Shown here one piece after another: positions 35,344 through 42,677 of a DNA stretch of 64,000 nucleotides (position 1 is its first letter; the number at the start of each line of letters is the position of its first letter). The position numbers and the translations under genes are program-made. The notes under the pieces were generated by a model, which saw only the letters and a program-made list of their open reading frames with translations, was not told the DNA's origin and ran no database searches. Origin of the DNA: Gemmatimonadales bacterium (lineage in GTDB: Bacteria > Gemmatimonadota > Gemmatimonadetes > Gemmatimonadales > GWC2-71-9); assembly GCA_035557715.1 (NCBI GenBank), contig DATMDQ010000016.1, forward strand, positions 568-64,567, written 5' to 3'.

Positions 35344-35355
35344 TGCCTGAACTGC

Positions 35356-35438
35356 CTCACCACGAAGGACACGATTGAAGAGCGATGAGAGACAGAGCGC
35401 GGGCTTGCTTCGTGTCCTTCGTGCCCTTCGTGGTGAAG
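35356..35438. repeat. Inverted repeat with a tandem 9-mer on one arm (CACCACGAAGGACACG ... CGTGTCCTTCGTG CCCTTCGTGGTG)
   Basis: Perfect 13-bp complement CACGAAGGACACG (35361-35373) / CGTGTCCTTCGTG (35411-35423). The second unit cccttcgtggtg offers alternative pairing with caccacgaag. Confidence 0.85.
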
Positions 35439-35446
35439 TAGTTTGG

Positions 35447-37486
35447 ATGCCTACTTATCCCGATAGTCGTACCACTGACCTGGTCGAAACACTCCACGGC
35501 GAAGAAATTGCTGATCCCTACCGTTGGCTAGAGGACGGGGACTCCACCGAGACGAGACACTGGACCGAGCAACAGAACGCGGTCACTGAGGCCTATCTCG
35601 CCGCGTTTCCCGGCCGGGAACGGATTCGTCGTCGCCTCGAGGAGCTGCTGGGGATCGGAGTGCTCGGGACGCCAACGCCGAAACGCGGCCGCTATTTCTA
35701 TCTTCGCCGCGACGGACACGAGAACCACCCAGTTCTCTACTGGCGGGATGGCGTCGAGGGGGCAGACCGCGTTGCCGTCGATCCGAACGCCTTGAATGAG
35801 GCGGGTACCACTGCTCTGGACTGGTACTACCCCAGCGAGGATGGCCGCCTGCTGGCCTACGGATTGTCGGAAAACGGGAACGAGGAAAGTGTTCTCCACC
35901 TGCTCGAGGTCGGCGTCGGTCGGGACCTGCCCGACCGGATCCCTCGAATGCGGGCCGCCTCAGTCGCCTGGCTCCCCGACAGTACAGGCTTTTACTACAC
36001 CCGCTATCCCGCGCCTGAGGACGTGCCCGAGGGAGAGGAGCAGTACCATCGTGCGCTCTACTTCCATCGGCTCGGCGCCAACCCGGCCACCGATCCGCTG
36101 ATCTTCAAGCCCGCCGCAAAAGAGTACTGGCCCGGCGTAAGCCTGTCACCCGACGGGCGCTGGCTCATTCTCAGCGTGGCTCGGACGTTCGACCAGGTCG
36201 ATCTCTATCTCCAGGACCTCGCATCGGGCGGCGAGCTGGTTCCGGTTGCCCGCGACCTGCCGGCGTCGTTCGAGGGTGAGATTGCCCACGGCCGTCTTTT
36301 CATGCGGACCAACCTCGATGCGCCGACCTACCGATTGTATGCAGTGGATCCCGAGCGGCCCGAGCGCAGCTCCTGGCGTGAGATTGTGCCGCTGAGAGCC
36401 GACGCCGTATTGGAGAGCGTCGCGGTAGCGGGTGACCGGCTGGCTCTCGGCTATCTCGAGCGAGCATCCTCCCGCCTGCGACTCACCGACCTCGACGGTG
36501 GTCTCATTCAGGATGTCGCGCTTCCCGCCTTGGGGAGCCTCTTTGGGTTGGGGGCCGAGTGGGACGGCGGAGAGCTGTTCTACGGTTTCTCATCCTACTC
36601 CGTGCCTCCCAGTGTCTATCGGATCGACCTCGCAATCGGGACCTCCTCGCTCTGGCGGCAGGTCGAGACGACCATCGATCCCACCAGATTCGAGGTCGGG
36701 CAGATCAGCTATCCATCCAGCGATGGCACTCCGATCTCGATGTTTCTGGTGCACCGCAAGGGACTGGTGTGCAATGGTGACAACCCAACCTATCTCACCG
36801 CCTATGGCGGGTTCAACATCAGCATGACTCCCGCCTTCTCCCGCTCGCTGCTGCTGTGGCTGGAACGGGGCGGCGTCGTCGCTGTGCCCAACATCAGGGG
36901 CGGCGGAGAGTATGGTGAGGGATGGCATCAGGCTGGGATCCTGGCAAACAAGCAGAACAGCTTCGACGATTTCATCACCGCCGCCGAATGGCTGATCCGC
37001 GAGCGGTACACTCGGCCCCAGCGTTTGGCGGTGGCCGGAGGTTCCAACGGTGGGCTTCTCATGGGGGCGGCGCTCACGCAGCGCCCCGAACTGTTCCGCG
37101 CGGTGCTGATTCAGGTTCCCCTACTGGATATGCTCCGGTACCACCGGTTTCTGATCGCGCGGCTGTGGATTCCGGAATACGGTTCCGCCGAGGACCCAGA
37201 GCAGTTCCGCTGGCTCCGGGCCTACTCGCCCTACCACCACGTTCAACCGGGTGTGGCCTACCCGGCCGTGCTCCTCGCCACGGCGGAGAGTGATACCCGG
37301 GTGGACCCGATGCACGCCCGGAAGATGGCTGCCCGTCTCCAGGCCGCCACTTCGGCCGAGCGTCCGGTGCTGCTCCGGCTCGAGGCCAAGGCCGGACATG
37401 GAGCCGGCAAGCCGCTCTCAAAGGTCCAGCAGGAGCTGACTGACAGCTGGACGTTTGTCTTTTCGGAGCTAGGGGTCGAGGTTTGA
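35447..37486 (+). CDS. Prolyl oligopeptidase (S9A family)
   Basis: Start ATG 35447 (MPTYPDSRTTD.VE.LHG..I.DPYRWLED). Beta-propeller plus catalytic domain with GGSNGGLLMG (Ser), D and H of the triad. Confidence 0.9.
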   Translation: MPTYPDSRTTDLVETLHGEEIADPYRWLEDGDSTETRHWTEQQNAVTEAYLAAFPGRERIRRRLEELLGIGVLGTPTPKRGRYFYLRRDGHENHPVLYWRDGVEGADRVAVDPNALNEAGTTALDWYYPSEDGRLLAYGLSENGNEESVLHLLEVGVGRDLPDRIPRMRAASVAWLPDSTGFYYTRYPAPEDVPEGEEQYHRALYFHRLGANPATDPLIFKPAAKEYWPGVSLSPDGRWLILSVARTFDQVDLYLQDLASGGELVPVARDLPASFEGEIAHGRLFMRTNLDAPTYRLYAVDPERPERSSWREIVPLRADAVLESVAVAGDRLALGYLERASSRLRLTDLDGGLIQDVALPALGSLFGLGAEWDGGELFYGFSSYSVPPSVYRIDLAIGTSSLWRQVETTIDPTRFEVGQISYPSSDGTPISMFLVHRKGLVCNGDNPTYLTAYGGFNISMTPAFSRSLLLWLERGGVVAVPNIRGGGEYGEGWHQAGILANKQNSFDDFITAAEWLIRERYTRPQRLAVAGGSNGGLLMGAALTQRPELFRAVLIQVPLLDMLRYHRFLIARLWIPEYGSAEDPEQFRWLRAYSPYHHVQPGVAYPAVLLATAESDTRVDPMHARKMAARLQAATSAERPVLLRLEAKAGHGAGKPLSKVQQELTDSWTFVFSELGVEV

Positions 37487-37565
37487 GGGGAGGCTCCATT
37501 CGTCGCGGCTCTCACTGCAAGGGTCCACTTCCATGAGGTCAACAGCCCGGCCTGCACCCGTAACG

Positions 37566-38078
37566 ATGTCTCATCCCGCAGAGTGGCTGGCTGTGCTCCG
37601 GATCGTGGTGGGGCTCTACTTCGTCAAGTCGCTGGTGACCAAGATGACGCTGGTCATGCTCGGTGGCGTGCTACCTGTGCCGGCGGTCTCGCAGCGGTGG
37701 CTCGAGGTCATGCCGAAGATCGTCGCCAAGCAGGCCTCGGAGAATCCGATCGGGTTCTATAAGCACTTTCTTGAAACGACGGTGTTGCCGAACAGCAATC
37801 TCTTCGCGCAGCTGACGGCCTGGGGAGAGACGGTCGTCGGCATCGGGCTAACCCTCGGCTTGCTCACCGGGGTGGCGTCCCTGATTGGATTGGTTCTGGT
37901 GATCAGCTACGGGCTGGCGACGCAGTGGATGTCACCGGGGCAGCAGGGCTTTCACCTGGTCCTGTCTTTTCTCATGCTGGCGTTCTTCTTTGCCCGGGCG
38001 GGACGCACCTGGGGCCTCGACGCCTGGCTTGCCCGGCGGACGCCTGGATCCAGGTTGGCGCGGCGGCCGCTTTCGTAG
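37566..38078 (+). CDS. DoxX-family membrane protein
   Basis: WLAVLRIVVGLYFVKS... four TM helices typical of DoxX/DoxD-like proteins. Start chosen at ATG 37566. Confidence 0.8.
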   Translation: MSHPAEWLAVLRIVVGLYFVKSLVTKMTLVMLGGVLPVPAVSQRWLEVMPKIVAKQASENPIGFYKHFLETTVLPNSNLFAQLTAWGETVVGIGLTLGLLTGVASLIGLVLVISYGLATQWMSPGQQGFHLVLSFLMLAFFFARAGRTWGLDAWLARRTPGSRLARRPLS

Positions 38079-38182
38079 GCGGACGGGCGGACGGGCGGTC
38101 GGACGGTCGGTAAACTGTCCGCCTGTCCGCCCTACCGCCTTCCCGCCTTGCGCCTCATTCCGCCTACCACCCCGTCCGCCTC
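38078..38182. repeat. Inverted arrays of a tandem octamer GGGCGGAC (38078-38110) and its complement GTCCGCCY (38115-38182); family copy 1
   Basis: ggcggacgggcggacgggcggtcggacggtcgg-taaa-ctgtccgcctgtccgccctaccgccttcccgcc... It shares a 21-nt identical string (ggcggacgggcggacgggcgg) and a 15-nt string (gtccgcctgtccgcc) with 50256-50358. Confidence 0.9.
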
Positions 38183-38761
38183 ACAGTGGGCGTCACGGGC
38201 GCTGTAAATCAGACAGAACACCCCATCCGATTTCCACCGATCGTACCAGAGACGCATGGCGATCCGGTCCTGGCCCGAAAACCGGGTCGAAGGCAGATCG
38301 TCGGTGTAGAGTGTGATGTGGGTATGGACGGTTCCGGACCACCGGGGCGGGCCACACTCCTCGACCGAGCCGGTGGCTGAGATTCCCATCGAGTCCGCGT
38401 CCTCCGGCTCGAGCGGCGCGATGGCGGTCACGAAGACGGTGTCGTTGCGGATATGGCTCGCCAGACAGGCGACCCGCTCTTCCCGGGCGGCCAGGCTGTT
38501 CTGCCATAGCTCCCGCAGCCTGTGGCTCGCGTCGGGGCTGAACTGGAACGAGGCGCGGGGGCGGGAGGCTTCGGTTTGCGCCGGTAGCAGCCGGAATGGG
38601 GCAAGGAGGAGGAGTACTACGAACCCAGACCGCAGCAGGATATGCGTCAGTAGCGTGAGCGAGGAAAGAGTACCGCGCCCCGGGGTCCCTCGATTTCGCA
38701 GATGACCTCCTCCGCGCTGTACAGCAGGCAGAAGATTCCGTCCTCTCGCCAACGCTGCCAC
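38132..38761 (-). CDS. Secreted JAB/MPN-like (HxH...SxxD) Cys4 protein, paralog 1; start uncertain
   Basis: ~50% identical to the upstream paralog. Motifs ERVACLAS, CGPPRWSGTVHTHI, FSGQDR. The listed start at 38761 overlaps the paralog-2 gene by 115 nt, so the true start is probably nearer 38646 (no canonical start codon there). Confidence 0.55.
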   Translation of the reverse strand: MAALARGRNLLPAVQRGGGHLRNRGTPGRGTLSSLTLLTHILLRSGFVVLLLLAPFRLLPAQTEASRPRASFQFSPDASHRLRELWQNSLAAREERVACLASHIRNDTVFVTAIAPLEPEDADSMGISATGSVEECGPPRWSGTVHTHITLYTDDLPSTRFSGQDRIAMRLWYDRWKSDGVFCLIYSARDAHCEADGVVGGMRRKAGRR

Positions 38762-39147
38762 CAGAGCATCATGATGCCGCGGTCCGCTCCCGAGAACAGG
38801 GAGTAGGGGTGGCGTCCGTCACGAAGGGCTACGTGGGTGTGCACCGTGCCGCGCCAGCTCGGGGGGCCGCAGGTTTCGAGGGACGCGCCGGCCGACACGC
38901 CGAGCGAATCCGAGGCACCTACCTCGAGCGGAAGCACTCGGGAGATTCGCACGGTGTCGCTATCGATCGAGCCGGCGAGGCAGGCGACGCGTTCCGCCTT
39001 GGCGCTGAGGCTTGCGTCCCAGAGCCGATGGAGCTCGGGCCGGGCGCTGGGCTCGAAACGAAAGGCAGTCGGGACCGAGGCGGCCCCTCCGGCCGCAAGC
39101 AGCAGGGCAACGATTCCAATGCGGAGCGTGCCGCCTAGGAGCGCCAC
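38647..39147 (-). CDS. Secreted JAB/MPN-like (HxH...SxxD) Cys4 protein, paralog 2
   Basis: Signal/anchor peptide (IGIVALLLAAGGAAS). Motifs ERVACLAG, CGPPSWRGTVHTHV, FSGADR, four conserved Cys. Starts 7 nt after the YVTN gene stop. Confidence 0.6.
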   Translation of the reverse strand: MALLGGTLRIGIVALLLAAGGAASVPTAFRFEPSARPELHRLWDASLSAKAERVACLAGSIDSDTVRISRVLPLEVGASDSLGVSAGASLETCGPPSWRGTVHTHVALRDGRHPYSLFSGADRGIMMLWWQRWREDGIFCLLYSAEEVICEIEGPRGAVLFPRSRY

Positions 39148-39154
39148 GGTGCGT

Positions 39155-40249
39155 CTATGAGCCGGAGCCGCCGGCTGAGCCGATGGCCACTCCCCAGGGG
39201 ATCTTCCCAGCCGGGATCTTCTTCACCACTTGCAGCTTCTCGGTATCCACCACGGAGACGTCGTTGGAGGGCCCGTTGGCCGTGTAGAGCTTCCTGCCAT
39301 CGGGCGTGAGTGCAATTCCCCAGGGGCGCTGGCCCACTGGAATCGTGCTGACTACCGCATTGGTTGCGGCATCGATGACCGAGACGGTGCCCCCCCGGCC
39401 ATTGGCCACATAGACTCGCTTGGCGTCGGGCGACACCACTACACCCATTGGCTTCGAATCCTTCGGCAGATCGATGACCTTGATGCGTTTCTTCGTCGGA
39501 ACGTCGATCACCCACACAGTCCCGTCAATCTCGGATGTCACATAGGCCCTGCTGCCGTCGGGGGTAAACGCCAGATCGCGGGGCCGTTTCCCGACGTTGA
39601 TCTGCCCAACGACTTTTCCGGTCTTGGTGTCGATGAGTGTCAAATTGTGATCGGTCTCGCCGGTCACCCAGACCGCCGCCCCATCGGGCTGGAGCCGGAC
39701 CCCTTCCGGCTCCTTTCCCACGGCTACGGTGGACCGGACCTTTCCACTGGCGACGTCCACGATCGATGCGGTGTGGGCATCCTCGTTGGAGACGAACAGG
39801 GTAGACCCGTCCTGGCTGATATCGAACGTCTCCGGGTCGGATCCTCCGGGCAGGATCCGGGTCACCTTTCTGGTGGCCACGTCGACCATGGCAACGCCAT
39901 CCTTGCTCTTGTCGGAGCCGAGCTTTTCGCATTCCTCGTCCGGCATGGTCGGCGGGCACTTGGGCGACCCACTGAGCGCCACGAACACTGTCCTGCCATC
40001 GGGAGCAATGCGTACCCCGCGCGGACGGGTCCCAACCGGAATGGTTGCGACGGTACTATCCGTACGGGTATCGATGACCGTGAGTTCCTGCGAGTCCTCG
40101 TTGCTGACGTAGGCCAGCTCGCCGGCCGGCACAGATGCGGTGGCAGCCGTATCGGCCTGCCCGCCTGGCGAGGGCTGCTCTTTGCCACAAGCGGCAGCGA
40201 GCAGGAGGGCGGCGACCATTGGGGCAGCGGAGGATCTATTTGGACGCAT
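39155..40249 (-). CDS. YVTN-family beta-propeller lipoprotein (PQQ-dependent catabolism-associated type)
   Basis: Start ATG 40249, lipobox LLLAAAC. Repeated ~40-aa units (YV.N......V.VID........I.VG..P.G....PDG). Confidence 0.8.
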   Translation of the reverse strand: MRPNRSSAAPMVAALLLAAACGKEQPSPGGQADTAATASVPAGELAYVSNEDSQELTVIDTRTDSTVATIPVGTRPRGVRIAPDGRTVFVALSGSPKCPPTMPDEECEKLGSDKSKDGVAMVDVATRKVTRILPGGSDPETFDISQDGSTLFVSNEDAHTASIVDVASGKVRSTVAVGKEPEGVRLQPDGAAVWVTGETDHNLTLIDTKTGKVVGQINVGKRPRDLAFTPDGSRAYVTSEIDGTVWVIDVPTKKRIKVIDLPKDSKPMGVVVSPDAKRVYVANGRGGTVSVIDAATNAVVSTIPVGQRPWGIALTPDGRKLYTANGPSNDVSVVDTEKLQVVKKIPAGKIPWGVAIGSAGGSGS

Positions 40250-41096
40250 CGAAAATCGCCTTGTCACGGTTCCGGGCCTGGTCGAGTCCCTTGATCTCGC
40301 TCCGCCCCAGAACACCAGTAAAAATCGCTCCGTCGAGATCGGCCTTGTCCAGCCTGGCACCGGTCAGGTCGGCTCCAGTGAGATCAGTCTGGATCAACTC
40401 GCCGTTTCTGAGGTCGGTCCCAACCAGCCGGGCCTTGGCCAGCGTGGCGTGGGACAGGTCTGCCTTGAAGAGATTGGCTCCCGACAGGTCGGCGCCCGTC
40501 AGATCAGCGCCTACAAAAGTCGCCCGCATGACCCCCATCGACTGGTTGCCCGGGTCGGCGCCCATGTTGGCATTGCGCAGGTTGGTTCCTACCAGTTTGG
40601 CGGACCGCAGGTATCCGATGATTCTGGTGCCCGACAGCTGTGCCCCGCTCAGATCAGCAGCCTCGATGATGGTGGCGAAGAGGCTGGCGCCGGTGAGATC
40701 GGCTCCCTTGAGATTGGCTCGCCGGAGTACGGTGCCGTCGAGATTGGCCTTCGTCAGGTCGGCATCGGTGAGCGTTGCGTCGGTCAGGTCGGAGGTGAAG
40801 AGGTTCGCGCCTGCCAGCTTGGTGCCGATGAGGCGCGCTCCGGTCAAATTGGCCCGCTTGAAGTCTACCCCGTGGAGGTCGAGCCCACTCAGGTCGGTCC
40901 TGGAGAGATCGGGCGCCTTCTCTTCGGTGCCGGCCGCGAGGCGAGCCTTGACCTGCTGCAGGGTCAGCCGCACGGCCGGGCTGTCGGCTTCGAACCGGGC
41001 GGGCGAAACACCGACGCCCGTCCCCTCCGCCATGGTCGCCGTGAGAGCGGCCAGGGTGAGGAGGGGAGCGAGCGTGAGCAACGGAGTCATGTGCAT
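40236..41096 (-). CDS. Secreted pentapeptide-repeat protein
   Basis: Signal peptide, then ~45 consecutive A(D/N)LxG-type pentapeptides (ANLTGARLIGTKLAGANLFTSDLTDATLTDADLTKANLDG...). Confidence 0.85.
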   Translation of the reverse strand: MHMTPLLTLAPLLTLAALTATMAEGTGVGVSPARFEADSPAVRLTLQQVKARLAAGTEEKAPDLSRTDLSGLDLHGVDFKRANLTGARLIGTKLAGANLFTSDLTDATLTDADLTKANLDGTVLRRANLKGADLTGASLFATIIEAADLSGAQLSGTRIIGYLRSAKLVGTNLRNANMGADPGNQSMGVMRATFVGADLTGADLSGANLFKADLSHATLAKARLVGTDLRNGELIQTDLTGADLTGARLDKADLDGAIFTGVLGRSEIKGLDQARNRDKAIFDASK

Positions 41097-41132
41097 TTCC
41101 GGAATGTACTCGCTTTGCGGATGGGACCGAGG

Positions 41133-41573
41133 CTAGGTCCCCGGTTTGAGCGCCGGCCGCCCCGGGGAGAGTTTGGCGTCGCTCCTACCCTTCACGTATG
41201 CGTAGATCTTGTTGATGGTCGCCGGTTCCATGCCGAGCGCGCACCACGACGGCATTCCCTTGTCCGGCCGGCCGGCACAGACGGTCTGCAGGAAGAGCTC
41301 CTTGGTGTTGACCGGACCCTCGGGCTTGAGCGACAGTATCAGGTGTGGGGCAATCGTGGTCCCCTGGACGTCCTCGCCGTGACATCGAGCGCAGTTGAGG
41401 TTGAATTGCTTCCAGCCGTCGTAGATCTCCTGTGATACCGTGTCCCGGGGTGCCTGATGGTACTGATCGCGCAGCTCCTGGGCCTGCACGGTGGAGGCCC
41501 TCGTGCTCAGGCCAAGAATCAGGGTGGCTCCGAGGAACATCCGGCGGGTCAGTGTCGAGATAGGCGTACGCAT
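41133..41573 (-). CDS. c-type cytochrome of the methanol-metabolism-associated 4-Cys type (likely XoxF electron acceptor)
   Basis: Tat/Sec-like signal, CARCHG haem motif plus a second conserved Cys pair (VCAG...WCAL). Lies inside the xox operon. Confidence 0.8.
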   Translation of the reverse strand: MRTPISTLTRRMFLGATLILGLSTRASTVQAQELRDQYHQAPRDTVSQEIYDGWKQFNLNCARCHGEDVQGTTIAPHLILSLKPEGPVNTKELFLQTVCAGRPDKGMPSWCALGMEPATINKIYAYVKGRSDAKLSPGRPALKPGT

Positions 41574-41632
41574 GCTCGCAGCGCGATCCTTTCGTGCGGA
41601 GAGGGATGCTTTGGAGTAGCCTGGTGAGCCTG

Positions 41633-42511
41633 CTAGCGGTTGGCGGCCTGTCCCGAGTCCGGGGGCTGAGCAGCGGGGATGGGGAATGTTGGAATAGCGT
41701 ACTCTTTGAGGATCGCCTGGATCTCCGGCTTCCGTCGATCAAGCACCGTCTGGAGACTGTCGCGCAGCGCCCGGTCGCGCCGCCGCACCGCCATCCCGAT
41801 GTTGAAGCGAAAGGGGAAGTCGGTCGCCGAGTCGCGTTCCGCCAGGGGCTGCAGCGTCAAGGGAACCGGCGACCGTTTGGCGAAGTAGCCCGCGACCGGG
41901 CCCCACACGATACCGACATCGATGTCCTTCTTGGCCACCCCGGTGACGATGTCCTCCGGCCGGATGGTGTCGGTATAGAAGGTGGGGTACCCGGTCAGGT
42001 TGCCCACGACGCCGTAGCGGCTCAGCGCCATGGCGGGCGGCGTGTTCTCCGCGTCGGAATTGAGGATGTTGACTCCTATCTTCAGCTTCTTGAGGCGGGG
42101 ATCAGCCAGCGACTTGATGTTGAGACCGTCGGCCTTTCGCGTCACGAACACGTAGCCCGAGCGAAAATACGGCTTGGTCACCGCGGCCATGTCGAAGTCC
42201 GCGGGAGCCTGTATGGCCACATCGCAGTACCGGCCGTTGAGGGCGCGGGCAAAGAACCCGCGACGGACCGGCCACCAGGCGTACTCGATCTTCGCATTCC
42301 ACTCCTTGGCCACCAGCTCGGCGATCTTCTGCTCGAACCCCTCACCCTTCTGATTCGAGAGCGGCATGTTGTCCGGGTCCGCACAGACCCGAATGACGCC
42401 TGGCTTCTCGAGACCGGGGCGCAGTTGCGCGTGAGCCACCTGAGGAATGGCACCGAGGGTGACGAGGAGGAAACAGCCCGTCAAGCCGAGAAACGATTGC
42501 TGGTAGGTCAT
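41633..42511 (-). CDS. xoxJ: Quinoprotein dehydrogenase-associated periplasmic solute-binding protein (MoxJ/XoxJ family)
   Basis: Start ATG 42511 with a signal peptide. IRVCADPDNMPLSNQKGEGFE.KIAELVAKEW.AKIEY.W...RRGF.R..LN...CDV is the MoxJ-family pattern. Confidence 0.85.
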   Translation of the reverse strand: MTYQQSFLGLTGCFLLVTLGAIPQVAHAQLRPGLEKPGVIRVCADPDNMPLSNQKGEGFEQKIAELVAKEWNAKIEYAWWPVRRGFFARALNGRYCDVAIQAPADFDMAAVTKPYFRSGYVFVTRKADGLNIKSLADPRLKKLKIGVNILNSDAENTPPAMALSRYGVVGNLTGYPTFYTDTIRPEDIVTGVAKKDIDVGIVWGPVAGYFAKRSPVPLTLQPLAERDSATDFPFRFNIGMAVRRRDRALRDSLQTVLDRRKPEIQAILKEYAIPTFPIPAAQPPDSGQAANR

Positions 42512-42677
42512 GGCCTTCAAGTCGGTGGGGGGTCGCCAGCCGGTGGACTCCGCCGGAAGACGGGCTCCGTGGAACGAACGACGCCGGAGCGAGCAGCACC
42601 CCGGCGCCGTTCTCATTCTGAATCTAGCCCGGGTCGAGCTGGAGGGGAGTCCTCGAGCTCGACCGGGTCCTGCCGAG

